A stretch of 64,000 nucleotides of DNA, taken from assembly GCA_965208575.1 (NCBI GenBank), contig CBDBOV010000006.1, forward strand, positions 256,001 through 320,000. Reading direction: 5' to 3'. Origin of the DNA: Spirochaetia bacterium. Its GTDB lineage: Bacteria > Spirochaetota > Spirochaetia > SZUA-6 > Bin103. This document shows, in pieces, positions 29,692-39,530 of the stretch. Position 1 is the first letter of the stretch. Every line of letters starts with the position of its first letter. The notes beneath the pieces are model-generated. The model saw only the letters and a program-made list of their open reading frames with translations, made no database searches and was not told the DNA's origin. Made by a program: the position numbers and the translations under genes.

Positions 29692-31410
29692 GTGGACAGG
29701 AGCTTCACCGTGTCATCCCAGTACCTGGTTCTGCCCGTGCGCAACGACGGGTGCGACGGCGATGAGGGCCGGCTGACGCTCGCGGTCGACGGCCGCATCG
29801 TTCTCGACTACGGCATCCGCTTCGCGACCGGCCCCCATGACGTGGGCTGGTACGCGTTCTTCTCGCTCGCCCGCTTCCGGGGCCGCGAGGCGCACGTGTC
29901 CGCCTCCAACGTCACCGAACAGGGCTTCGCCCTCGTACGGCAGGCCGACGCCATCCCCGGCGCCGAGTCCTTCTACACCGAGCCCCTGCGCCCGCGGTTC
30001 CACTTCACCTCGCGCACCGGCTGGCTGAACGACCCCAACGGCCTGATCTGGTACCGCGGCGAGTACCACCTGTTCTACCAGCACAACCCGACCGCCCTGC
30101 CGTGGGGCAACATGACCTGGGGGCACGCGGTCAGCCGCGACCTCGTGCACTGGACCGAGCTGCCCAAGGTGCTGTTCCCCGACGCCGCCACCGGCACCTG
30201 CTTTTCGGGCGCGGCGTTCATCGACCACCGCAACCAGCTCGGCCGCAAGACCGGCGACGAGGAGGTGATCGTCGCGTTCTACCTGCGCACCGGGATCGGC
30301 CTGTGCCTGGCGTACTCCAACGACCGCGGCCGCACCTTCACCGACTACGAGGGCAACCCGGTGCTCAACCACGAGGGCGCGCGCATCGACACGCCGCGCC
30401 CGTTCTGGCACGGGCCGACCGGCAGATGGGTCGCCCCCACCTACGATTTCTTCACCAACGCCCACGGCGAAATGCGCCGCTGCGTCGGCTTCTACAGCTC
30501 CGCCAACCTCACCGACTGGCGCCTCGAGAGCCGAGTCGAACAGGACGGCTGGGGCGATGAACTGTGCGGCTGCGTCGACTTCTTCCAACTGCCGCTGGAC
30601 GGCGATCCCGAGCGCCTCATGTGGGTGATGATCCTGATTGACGGCAGCTACATCGTGGGCGATTTCGACGGCTCCACCTTCCATACGCTGGAGGGCAAGC
30701 CGGCGGCGACCGATGACCGCATCAGGTCGCTGGTGATCCAGGGCGAGTACTACGCCACGATGACCTGGCACAACCTGCCCGACCTGCGCCGCGTCCAGAT
30801 TGCCTGGATGAGGAAGCCGGGTTTCTATCCCGGCATGCCGTTCAACCAGCAGATGACCGTGCCGTCGGAGCTGTCCCTGCACACCACGGACGACGGCCCG
30901 CGGCTGCGCATGCTGCCGGTGACGGAGCTCGCGGCGCTGCGCACCCGCACCCACGAGTGGTCCGACCTACAACTCAACGGGCAGGACAACCCGCTTGCCG
31001 CCATCACCGCCGACCTGCTCGACCTGGAAACGGAGATCCGGGTTGCGAAGGGTACCGTGACCTGCCTGCAACTGCGCGGATTCGACGTCACCTACGACGC
31101 GGACACCGAGGCGCTGTCCTCCTGCGGCACCGCCGCCCGCCTGCCCCCGATCGACGGCGTCGTGCGGCTGCGCGTCCTGCTCGACCGCACCTCCATCGAG
31201 GTCTACGCCAACGACGGCCGGGTCTACATCCCCCGCGTCGTGTTCCCGGAAGACGACAACCGCTCCCTCAGCATCGCCTGCATCGGCGGCGCCACCACCG
31301 CAACCTGCCTCCGCGTCCACGAACTCAAGGCCAGTTGGCCACGGCACACGCTGCACCCAGGACAAACCCAGGACACTCCCGCGGTTGATGAACAGTGTGT
31401 CTATGAGTAG
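29692..31410 (+). CDS. Glycoside hydrolase family 32 (levanase/beta-fructosidase-like)
   Basis: RPRFHFT..GWLNDPNGL, YHLFYQHNP, WGHAVSRDLVHW, MPFNQQMT, LLDRTSIEVY; GTG 29692 after GGAGG. Confidence 0.88.
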   Translation: MDRSFTVSSQYLVLPVRNDGCDGDEGRLTLAVDGRIVLDYGIRFATGPHDVGWYAFFSLARFRGREAHVSASNVTEQGFALVRQADAIPGAESFYTEPLRPRFHFTSRTGWLNDPNGLIWYRGEYHLFYQHNPTALPWGNMTWGHAVSRDLVHWTELPKVLFPDAATGTCFSGAAFIDHRNQLGRKTGDEEVIVAFYLRTGIGLCLAYSNDRGRTFTDYEGNPVLNHEGARIDTPRPFWHGPTGRWVAPTYDFFTNAHGEMRRCVGFYSSANLTDWRLESRVEQDGWGDELCGCVDFFQLPLDGDPERLMWVMILIDGSYIVGDFDGSTFHTLEGKPAATDDRIRSLVIQGEYYATMTWHNLPDLRRVQIAWMRKPGFYPGMPFNQQMTVPSELSLHTTDDGPRLRMLPVTELAALRTRTHEWSDLQLNGQDNPLAAITADLLDLETEIRVAKGTVTCLQLRGFDVTYDADTEALSSCGTAARLPPIDGVVRLRVLLDRTSIEVYANDGRVYIPRVVFPEDDNRSLSIACIGGATTATCLRVHELKASWPRHTLHPGQTQDTPAVDEQCVYE

Positions 31411-31437
31411 GCTGCGCACCCGAAGGAGGCTTCGCCC

Positions 31438-31911
31438 TTGTTTCAGAACGAAAAGCACGTTGGACAGGTCTTTCAGGGGGTAGCCGGGGTCCTGACGGCG
31501 CTCACCGTGCTCGCCACCGTGATCTTCACGCTGCTCGGCGTATTCGGCGCGGTCGACATGGAGGCGATCCGCGTGCAGAGCGGCGCGCTCGCCTACGTGG
31601 TCGCGGTCGGGTCTTTCTCGCTGAGTCCGCTCGTTGCCGTCGGCATCGTGGCCGTCAGCCTGTTCAATGCAATCGGCATCATTGCCATCGGCGCCGGGTC
31701 CGCGCGCGGCATCGTCGCGATCGCCGGGGACGACGCGGCCGGCATCATCGCCATCAGCGCCGGCGGCCGGGCCTCCGGCCTCATCCTCGGCATCGGCGAG
31801 GAAGCGAGGGGCATGTTCACCGTCGCCTACTCGGGCCGCAAGGCGACCGCGTTCGGGCGCTGGCCGACCTGGCCGGGCAAGGACAAGGACGCCGCCGCCG
31901 ACTCCGACTGA
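31438..31911 (+). CDS. Hypothetical Gly/Ala/Ile-rich membrane protein
   Basis: AAGGAGG RBS with TTG start; hydrophobic helices and repeated GIIAI-like units. Confidence 0.65.
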   Translation: MFQNEKHVGQVFQGVAGVLTALTVLATVIFTLLGVFGAVDMEAIRVQSGALAYVVAVGSFSLSPLVAVGIVAVSLFNAIGIIAIGAGSARGIVAIAGDDAAGIIAISAGGRASGLILGIGEEARGMFTVAYSGRKATAFGRWPTWPGKDKDAAADSD

Positions 31912-31967
31912 TTCCGCGCGCCGCCGGCGTGGTGCGACTACTGGTCTTCCGATAGTCTTCCGGGAAA

Positions 31968-32504
31968 TTGGCAGCAGGCAAGAAATCCTCGTCGACGTTC
32001 ACCGTCGTCGTTCTCGCGGTGGCGCTCGTCGTGACCGCGTCCATCCTCGTCCACGTCATGTTCGCGAGCGAAGTCACCGACCTCACGGTCGAGCTGCTCG
32101 CCGCCATCATTGCGGTCGTGCTCGTGGTCGCCTCGGTCGGCGTGACCATTCACTTCCAGGTGCGCTCCGAGACCGAGCGCGAATACCGCGTCGAGCTGTT
32201 TCGCCAAAAGCTCGAGTTGTACAAGGACACGATCGCCTGCATCACCCGGGCCGACGACGACGGTGTCATTCACGACCACGAGATCGAGGAGATGCGCAAC
32301 TACGCACGCATCACCGCGCTGGTCGGCAATGCCGACCTCGTGCGCGCGCTCGCCGACTTCGTCGCCGGCGTGGAGCGCAGCCGCAGCATCGCGCGAGAGA
32401 AGGAGCAGGGCTCGTTCCGCGCCGTCCTGCAGGAAATGAGGGACGACCTCGGCGTGGTGGAAGGCGACGTCAAAGAGTACGTCAAGCGCCTCATGCGGAG
32501 TTGA
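31968..32504 (+). CDS. Hypothetical membrane protein (two N-terminal TM helices plus a helical domain)
   Basis: Two hydrophobic segments followed by a soluble domain; GC3-rich codon usage. Confidence 0.7.
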   Translation: MAAGKKSSSTFTVVVLAVALVVTASILVHVMFASEVTDLTVELLAAIIAVVLVVASVGVTIHFQVRSETEREYRVELFRQKLELYKDTIACITRADDDGVIHDHEIEEMRNYARITALVGNADLVRALADFVAGVERSRSIAREKEQGSFRAVLQEMRDDLGVVEGDVKEYVKRLMRS

Positions 32505-32615
32505 GCGCCGAACGTCGCGAAGTGGGGACTCCGCCGCAGGCCGCCGGCGCCTACCCGCGCCAACCGGCGCCCGTTGCAACTTGCACATCGGCAACTTCTT
32601 TACGATACTGAAAGT

Positions 32616-32843
32616 ATGGATTCTTCAGCCAGGCCGGACCTGCCTGCCGGAGCCGCACGCATCTCCGCCGCTGACGCGTGGCGCGCGCGGCTTCGCGTCG
32701 ACAGTGGCAGGGACGAGCAGCTTGAGCTCGACTTCGGCCAACCCGCGGTCCCGGTACGGGAGGACTGGGACCTGGTGCGTGACGTGGAGCCGGCGCTCCC
32801 CGGCCCGGCCCGGCCGCACCCAGCGAAGCTCTCCTGGGACTGA
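32616..32843 (+). CDS. Small hypothetical protein
   Basis: 75-aa ORF after a possible promoter (TTGCAC-17-GATACT), probably leaderless. Confidence 0.4.
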   Translation: MDSSARPDLPAGAARISAADAWRARLRVDSGRDEQLELDFGQPAVPVREDWDLVRDVEPALPGPARPHPAKLSWD

Positions 32844-32929
32844 GTCGCCTGCGGAGCGCCCCGCCGGCGCCGGCGCCGGCTGCCGACAAGACGAAGCCTC
32901 ATACTGCGCTGGACCACGAGAGCCGGCAC

Positions 32930-34183
32930 ATGAACCAGGGCCTCGATCAGCGCGACCCGTTGATCGCCGATGCGCTGGCCGGCGAACGGCGGCGCCAGCG
33001 GGAGCAGATCGAGCTGATCGCCGCCGAGAACATCGTCAGCCGTGCCGTGCTCGACGCACTCGGTCACGAGGTGACCAACAAGGCGCTGGAGGGCTACCCC
33101 GGCGCGCGCTATCACGCCGGCGGGCGCTACGTCGACGTGATGGAGCAGGCGGCGATCGACCGCGCGTGCGAGCTGTTCGGCTGTGCATACGCAAACGTGC
33201 AGCCGCACTCCGGCAGCCAGGCCAATCTTGCCGTGTTCTTTGCGCTGGTCCGTCCCGGCGACCGCGTGCTCAGTCTCGACCTCGCGGCCGGCGGCCACCT
33301 GAGCCACGGGCTGCGCTCCAACCTGTCGGGCCGCTGGTTCGAGGCCCACCACTATGGAGTCTCACGCGAAACCGGCATGATCGACTACGACGAGGTGGAA
33401 GCGAAGGCCCTGGCGGTACGGCCGCGGGTTCTGATCGCCGGCGGATCCTCCTACCCGCGAGAACTGGAATTCGAGCGGCTGGCCCATACGGCACGGAAGG
33501 CTGGCGCCCACTTCGTGGTGGACATGGCGCACTTCGCCGGCCTCGTGGCGGGCGGCGCACACCCGTCGCCGATACCGCATGCCGACATCGTCACCACGAC
33601 CACGACCAAGACCCTCCGGGGACCGCGCGGCGGCGTGATCCTGGCGCGCGAGGAGAGCTGGAAGGGGAAGCTGCAGTCCGCCCTCTTTCCGGGCGTCCAG
33701 GGCAGCCTGCACCCGCAAGTGGTAGCCGCGAAGGCGGTCTGCCTGGGCGAGGCGCTGCAGCCGGAATTCGGGCGCTACGCCCACCAGGTCAAGCGCAACG
33801 CCGCGAAGCTGGCCGCGGTTCTGGCTGCCGGCGGCGTGTCCATCGTGACCGGCGGAACCGATACCCACCTGGTGCTGCTCGACCTGTCCGCAACGGGCGT
33901 GACCGGCCAGACCGCGGAGCGCGCCCTCGAACAGGCCGGCATCACTTCCAACAAGAACCCGATCCCATTCGACGTCCGCAGCCCGGCCAAGTGGAGCGGG
34001 CTGCGGCTGGGCGTCGCCTCCACGACGACCCGCGGCTTCCGGGAGCCCGAGATGCTACGCGTCGGAGAAGTGATTCTGTCTCTGCTGAGACCGCACGGCG
34101 CCGGCACCATCGATGAAGCACGACGGGCGGTGGCCGATCTCTGCCGCGCGTTCCCCATCTACTCCGCCGGCAGCCTCGCGTAG
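32930..34183 (+). CDS. glyA: Serine hydroxymethyltransferase family; resembles 2-methylserine hydroxymethyltransferase
   Basis: ELIAAEN, EGYPG, NVQPHSGSQAN, GGHLSHG, DMAHFAGLVA, TTTKTLRGPRGG, GGTDTH. Confidence 0.92.
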   Translation: MNQGLDQRDPLIADALAGERRRQREQIELIAAENIVSRAVLDALGHEVTNKALEGYPGARYHAGGRYVDVMEQAAIDRACELFGCAYANVQPHSGSQANLAVFFALVRPGDRVLSLDLAAGGHLSHGLRSNLSGRWFEAHHYGVSRETGMIDYDEVEAKALAVRPRVLIAGGSSYPRELEFERLAHTARKAGAHFVVDMAHFAGLVAGGAHPSPIPHADIVTTTTTKTLRGPRGGVILAREESWKGKLQSALFPGVQGSLHPQVVAAKAVCLGEALQPEFGRYAHQVKRNAAKLAAVLAAGGVSIVTGGTDTHLVLLDLSATGVTGQTAERALEQAGITSNKNPIPFDVRSPAKWSGLRLGVASTTTRGFREPEMLRVGEVILSLLRPHGAGTIDEARRAVADLCRAFPIYSAGSLA

Positions 34184-34335
34184 ATCGCCCGCCGGCAGCG
34201 AGACCGCCGAGACCGCCCGGCAAGAATGACAGCCGCCGTGCCAGTGTCTTGGATGGTCAACACGTCGTGACCCAACCGGCGAAGTTCCTCAACGACCGGG
34301 AGCGGGAAGTTCTCGTTCCCGTAGAGTCGCGCCAA
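34159..34335 (-). pseudogene. Truncated DUF5615 (PIN-like) toxin
   Basis: Manual translation from TTG 34335 gives MARLYGNENFPLPVVEELRRLGHDVLTIQDTG; similarity ends at the direct repeat 34208-34236. Confidence 0.75.
34208..34236 (+). repeat. 29-bp direct repeat, copy 1
   Basis: CGAGACCGCCCGGCAAGAATGACAGCCGC; one mismatch to 34829-34857. Confidence 0.85.
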
Positions 34336-34665
34336 TCAGGCGTTCTCGTTCTCACGGATGTTGGCATTGATCTCCTGTTGGTGGGAACGGACATATGCCC
34401 ACGCGTTGGTCAGATCTTCCGCCCGGAGCGTCGGGTAGGCGCCTAGCAACTCAGCCTCGCTCGTGCCAAGCCGTCGGGCATGCTCCAGCATCCAGACCGG
34501 TATTCTGGTTCTGACGATGCAAGGGTCTCCTCCGCAGACCCTTGGGCTGCTCTCGATTCCGGGAAGAGCGTCTCCCACGTCGCGCGCAACCCACTGCAAG
34601 ACCTGTGCCTTCTCCGCTCTCGTCATGGTTGTCAGAAGCTTCTCGACCTGTCCGAGCGCACCCAT
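34336..34665 (-). CDS. DUF433-family antitoxin
   Basis: IESSPRVCGGDPCIVRTRIPVW...AYPTLRAEDL..A..Y. Confidence 0.9.
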   Translation of the reverse strand: MGALGQVEKLLTTMTRAEKAQVLQWVARDVGDALPGIESSPRVCGGDPCIVRTRIPVWMLEHARRLGTSEAELLGAYPTLRAEDLTNAWAYVRSHQQEINANIRENENA

Positions 34666-34828
34666 CGCCTACCTCCCGAGAGAGCCGGCCCCGCCTTGAA
34701 TCCTGCACTCTCGCCCGCCAAACTTGCCCCCCCTGTGAGCCGATGTCAACGCGGGAGTGGTTGCGGGGTTGTGGTCAGAACAAGAGCGAGCAACTGCCAC
34801 TATACGCTGTCCCAGTCTCTTGGAGCGA

Positions 34829-34857
34829 CGAGACCGCCCGGCAAGGATGACAGCCGC
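34829..34857 (+). repeat. 29-bp direct repeat, copy 2
   Basis: CGAGACCGCCCGGCAAGGATGACAGCCGC. Confidence 0.85.
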
Positions 34858-34873
34858 GCCGCTCTCTGCGACG

Positions 34874-35485
34874 ATGACGGCAGTGCGCACGTTCAATACC
34901 GAGGGGCCCGTTGTCGCCGCGGACCACTACCACATTCCGCCGCTGGAGCGGATCGATCTCGGCGTGGTGCTCGGTCTGGTCCGGGACAAGAATTACTTCG
35001 TCCTGCCCGCGCCGCGGCAGACCGGCAAGACCTCGGCGCTGCTTGCGCTCCGTGACCTGCTGAATGGAGGACAGGCGGGCGACTACCGCATCCACTCGAC
35101 CGCCGAGATCCAGGAGTTCTTCCGAGAACACTCCGAGCACTGGACGCAGCGCTTCGAGAAGTACCACGAGGCCGGCCCGCAGTTGCTGCTGCAAGCGCAC
35201 CTGCGGCGCATCGTCAACGGCGGCGGGCGCACCGACCTGCTGATCGTGTGGCCGCAGGGCGGACGTGAGCGGCGCTTCGTGGTGGAGTGCAAGGTGCTAC
35301 GCAAGGACCTGGAGCGGACCATCGCCGAGGGCGTGGAACAGACGCGCGGCTACATGGATCGCTGCAGGGCGGAAGCCGGCCACCTGATCGTGTTCGACCG
35401 CGCACCCGACCGCCCCTGGGCAGACAAGATCTTCCGCCGCCCGCTGTCTGACGACGGCACACCGGTCACGGTCTGGGGGATGTAG
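34874..35485 (+). pseudogene. Internally deleted AAA ATPase/PD-(D/E)XK nuclease protein
   Basis: N-terminal FNTEGPV...APRQTGKT (Walker A) is joined almost directly to C-terminal EAGPQLLLQA...RTDLLI...VVECK...VTVWGM; no Walker B or ATPase core. Confidence 0.75.
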
Positions 35486-35589
35486 CACCGAGCAAGTGCC
35501 GCCCGGCCGGTCAAGTGCGAGTCAGTCGCTTCTCGCGGTGGGAAGTACGCCCTCACCCCTGGCCACCCATGGGCCGTACACGGTGGTCG

Positions 35590-36198
35590 TTACAGTGCTG
35601 CCCATCGTTTCAGCTTGGCGCGGAAGTCGTCGATCAACGCCTTCAGTGAGGCATCGTTCCTCCCGGCGCGGTATAGATCCATCGCCTCCACCAAATCCGG
35701 GGCGAATTCCACTCCGCCCAAGGTGGTCGGGTGTCCACCTTGGGTAATCGCAGTCGCCAGAGCCTGCTTGTAATGCCCGCGGGCGCATTTCCCGGCGCCA
35801 ACGTCCGGGCGGCTGCCGACGACTCTTTCGAAAGACTGGGGGTCTGCAAGGTACCAGCGCTCGACGTGCGGATCGGGGCATGCGACAACGAGCCGATCCT
35901 GCAACGTCGGCTCGGCCGCGTTCTGCAGTTGTTGCCGTGCCGCAGCGAACGTCGAGCAGTTGCCGTCGATAGCGACGACGACCAGACCGGCGGTGACACT
36001 GCTCAGCGGACTGCGTGAGACGACGCGCTGGTAGAGCTTGAATTCGGCAACGGCGCGGGCGTGGCCTCCAGTGGCGGACCGCACGCGGACCCACATGGCG
36101 ATGTCCTCGTCTTGTGCGATCCGCGTCAACAGCGGCTTCAGAAATTCCTCGTGTGCGCGGTCTTCAACGAAGAGGTCCACCGCCAATGGATCACTCAT
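35590..36198 (-). CDS. DUF4276/RloB-like (TOPRIM-like) protein, partner of the upstream ABC-ATPase
   Basis: LFVED, VVAIDGN, PHVERWYLAD; overlaps the stop of the ATPase gene. Confidence 0.7.
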   Translation of the reverse strand: MSDPLAVDLFVEDRAHEEFLKPLLTRIAQDEDIAMWVRVRSATGGHARAVAEFKLYQRVVSRSPLSSVTAGLVVVAIDGNCSTFAAARQQLQNAAEPTLQDRLVVACPDPHVERWYLADPQSFERVVGSRPDVGAGKCARGHYKQALATAITQGGHPTTLGGVEFAPDLVEAMDLYRAGRNDASLKALIDDFRAKLKRWAAL

Positions 36199-37438
36199 CA
36201 ATGAGCCCACGGAGCAGCAGACTCTCGATCATGCCATCTTCGGACCTGCTTGCGAGCGCGTCGGTAATCTCGGCGTCCTTGTAGAGTGGGCCGGTTGCCT
36301 CGAATGGCTCGACCACCGTTCCCTGCGGCCCGAGGCGGACGTTGAACAGACCGATATTTCTCGGCTCGGGGGCCTCCCGCTGCAGCTTCAGCATCGCGTC
36401 GGCCAACAGCGGAGAGTGTGTCGTGACGACAATCTGCCTGCGCTGTTGTGCGACCAGCGAGAACAGGAGCTGGGCGATCAACTCCAGACGCCGCGGGTGT
36501 ACGCCATTCTCAGGTTCCTCGAAAGCGAGCAGAGAGCCGCCCCACGGGTTCACGGCGATGGTGCAGAGCGCCAGCACGCGTAGCGTTCCCTCGGACAGGA
36601 CCCGCGAGGAGTAGTTGATGCCCGCCTGGCGGATCGTCAGGTTCAACGTACCCCGCCGTTCATCGAGTTCGACACCCAGCGTTTCGATGCTTGGCACGAT
36701 CGAGCGCACCGTGCGGCGGATCGCGTCGAAGTGCTTTGGGCTCTCAGCCCGGAGTTTGTAGAGCAGTGCGGCGATATATTCCCCGTGGAACCCGATGTCG
36801 AACACGTCCGCCGGAGACTCCTCCTCCCGCATCTCCCTCCGTGGTTCGAAGTAGTAGGTGCGCCAGTTCAGCAGCTCCGCGCGAACATACTCCAGCCACG
36901 GATAGCCGGCACCGCTCAGACTCCGATCGGACAACACCGAGTGATTCAATCCAACCTGCTCCTCTCGTGGATGGGACGGCTTTCCCTTTCGCCGAATGCG
37001 GAAGTTGGAACCAACCCGCTCGATCGCGGCGGCACCCTTCGGTTGTCCGGAAGCGCCAAGCTGGGCCAGGTACTCATCGGCAACGGTGAGTTGGCCTGAC
37101 CTGAAATCGAACTTCGGTTCGATCCGATAGCGGTATCTTCCCTTCTCGACTGACAAATCTGCTTCCAATGTGAAGCTGGCGGACCCTCGCCGTACCATCT
37201 CGGGCAACCCACCCGAAGCAAAGGAGAACGCCTCGAATGCGTACCCCCGCACCGGAAGGGGACCGCCAAGGGCGTCAAACAGCGTACGCGCGGTACCCAT
37301 CCATGAGAGCGCCTGGATGGCATCCAGCAAGTTGCTCTTGCCCGCGGCATTGGGACCGAACAAGACAGCGAGCCGAGGCAACTCGACGGTTACCTCACGG
37401 AGAGACTTGAAATTACGAACGGTCAATGTGCTGAGCAT
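36191..37438 (-). CDS. AAA_21/ABC-type ATPase (defence-associated class)
   Basis: NFKSL, GPNAAGKSN, LSEGTLR, FEEPENGVHP, VTTHSP. Confidence 0.88.
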   Translation of the reverse strand: MLSTLTVRNFKSLREVTVELPRLAVLFGPNAAGKSNLLDAIQALSWMGTARTLFDALGGPLPVRGYAFEAFSFASGGLPEMVRRGSASFTLEADLSVEKGRYRYRIEPKFDFRSGQLTVADEYLAQLGASGQPKGAAAIERVGSNFRIRRKGKPSHPREEQVGLNHSVLSDRSLSGAGYPWLEYVRAELLNWRTYYFEPRREMREEESPADVFDIGFHGEYIAALLYKLRAESPKHFDAIRRTVRSIVPSIETLGVELDERRGTLNLTIRQAGINYSSRVLSEGTLRVLALCTIAVNPWGGSLLAFEEPENGVHPRRLELIAQLLFSLVAQQRRQIVVTTHSPLLADAMLKLQREAPEPRNIGLFNVRLGPQGTVVEPFEATGPLYKDAEITDALASRSEDGMIESLLLRGLIDE

Positions 37439-37658
37439 TACGTGATCCTGAGTCGGCGCGACCCTCCCCTTCGCGCCACCATGGTAGCCTGCGCGTGCCG
37501 GCAGAGGACAGACCGCGCACCACGCGCAGCCGCTGCGGGGCGTGCCCGTGTCGAAGGGTGTGCTGCGCCGTCACCGTACCGAGACCCAGCCCGACCGGTC
37601 AGAGGGAGCCGGCACCCTCCTCTCCCGTCGGTCCCCGCCACGTGCGCCCGCAACGTGC

Positions 37659-39518
37659 CTACAAGGGTATGGCCCGCTGCTGGAAGGCGACCAGGTCCGC
37701 GTACACACCCCCCGCGGCAAGCAGGGAGTCGTGGGGGCCGGCCTCCACGGTGCGCCCCTTCTCCAGGACGACGATGCGGTCGGCGCTGCGGATGGTGGAC
37801 AGCCGGTGCGCGATGACGAGCGAGGTACGGCCGGCGCGGACGCGGGCCATCGCCTCCCGGAGAAGACGCTCGTTCTCGGCATCCAGGTTGGAGACGGCCT
37901 CGTCCATCACCAGGATGGGGGCATCCTTGAGGATCGCCCGCGCGATTGCGATGCGCTGCCGCTGGCCCCCGGACATCCGGACCCCGCGCTCGCCGGCGCT
38001 GGTCTCATACCCCTGCGGCATCCGCATGATGAAGTCATGCGCCAGCGCGGCCCTCGCGGCCTCTTCCACCTCCGCGTCCAGGGCATCCGGGCGCGCCAGG
38101 CGGATGTTCTCGCGGATGGTCATGTTGAACAGGTAGACGTCCTGCGGCACCCAGGCGATCAGCTCGCGCAGGGCGCGCTGTGGGAACGTCCGGACATCAT
38201 GCCCGCCGATGGTGACGGCGCCCTCCGTGACATCCCAGAACCGCATGAGCAGATGGATGCAGGTGGACTTGCCCGCGCCGGAGTGCCCCACGAGGGCCAC
38301 GTTCTCGCCCGGCCCCACGGAGAAGCTCGCCGCTTCCAGAGCCGCGGGCAGATCCGCGGCGTAGTGGAAGCTCACAGCCCTGAACTCGATGCGGGGCTGC
38401 ACCGGGCCCGGGGGCGGCGCCGCCGCCGTGTCCGGCACGGGAGCGGGCGCGTTCAGCACGGCGAACACCCGGTCAGCCGCCGCGAAGACCACGCCGAGGC
38501 TCTCCGCGATGCCGGTTATGCTGGTCACCGGCCCGAAGATGAAGATGGCGAGGATGATGGCGACCGGATAGAGCGCCGGCGGCAGGGAGCCGGAGGACAC
38601 CAGGAAGGCTGCGCCGACGACGATGCTCACCATCCCGAACGTGATGAGCACGGACGTGACCGCCTGCTCTCCACCGGCTCTGCGCCCATGGGCAACCTGT
38701 GCGCCCACCAGGCTCCGGCTGCTCCGGAGCAGCCGTTCCAGGAAGCGCTGTCCCTGCCCGAAGGCCACGACTTCGCGCAGTCCCTGAACGCCGTCCACCA
38801 CCTCGGCGTTCAGCGAACCCAGGGTCTCGCGCAGTCTCCGGCCCTGGGCTGCCGCCCGCTTGCGCAACCAGAAGGGAACGCTCGCCACCGCCAGGGCCGC
38901 GGGGAGCAGCGCCAGGGGAAGCAGCCAGTGCATCGCCGCGAGGGCTGCGAGCGCCCCCAGCGGCACCATGACCGCCACGATGAACGTCCCCACCGTGTGC
39001 GCGTAGAACCACTCGATGGTGTCCACGTCGGCCATCGCCGCGGCGGAGAGGTCGCCGGAGCGCCGGTCGAGAAGATAGCCCGGCGCCAGCCGGTCCAGCG
39101 CCTGGTACAGCCAGGTGCGGAGCTCCGCCAGGATGCGGTAGGCGAGGTCGTGCGCCAGCCACATCTCCACCCAGGCCGCCACCGCCCTGCCGGCCACGAC
39201 GCCGCCGAGCACGAAGGCGCTGACGTAGAGCGCTTCAGCCGCCGCCCCCGCGGCTACGCTTCCCACCATGAACGCACCGATCCCGGCGGCGGCGATCATG
39301 AAGCCGTGGTTCAGGATGCCCGTGAGCACGGTGATTCCCATGAGCCAGTAGTACGGGCGCAGGATGCGGAGGAGCTGCCAGAACCCGGATCCCCATCTGC
39401 CGCCGCGTGGAGCGAACGCCCATTCGCTGGTGCGATTGCTCGCTAGCGCCCCAAGAACCGTCGCCTGCCGGCGTCGCTTTCGGCCCATCCCGTCCATCGC
39501 CCTAGGAGCCTGTCGCAC
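37659..39518 (-). CDS. ABC half-transporter, permease + ATPase (CydC/IrtB-like)
   Basis: Multi-TM N-terminus; GHSGAGKS, MSGGQRQR, VMDEA, IAHRLST; start uncertain. Confidence 0.9.
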   Translation of the reverse strand: MRQAPRAMDGMGRKRRRQATVLGALASNRTSEWAFAPRGGRWGSGFWQLLRILRPYYWLMGITVLTGILNHGFMIAAAGIGAFMVGSVAAGAAAEALYVSAFVLGGVVAGRAVAAWVEMWLAHDLAYRILAELRTWLYQALDRLAPGYLLDRRSGDLSAAAMADVDTIEWFYAHTVGTFIVAVMVPLGALAALAAMHWLLPLALLPAALAVASVPFWLRKRAAAQGRRLRETLGSLNAEVVDGVQGLREVVAFGQGQRFLERLLRSSRSLVGAQVAHGRRAGGEQAVTSVLITFGMVSIVVGAAFLVSSGSLPPALYPVAIILAIFIFGPVTSITGIAESLGVVFAAADRVFAVLNAPAPVPDTAAAPPPGPVQPRIEFRAVSFHYAADLPAALEAASFSVGPGENVALVGHSGAGKSTCIHLLMRFWDVTEGAVTIGGHDVRTFPQRALRELIAWVPQDVYLFNMTIRENIRLARPDALDAEVEEAARAALAHDFIMRMPQGYETSAGERGVRMSGGQRQRIAIARAILKDAPILVMDEAVSNLDAENERLLREAMARVRAGRTSLVIAHRLSTIRSADRIVVLEKGRTVEAGPHDSLLAAGGVYADLVAFQQRAIPL

Positions 39519-39530
39519 GCCGACAGACTC

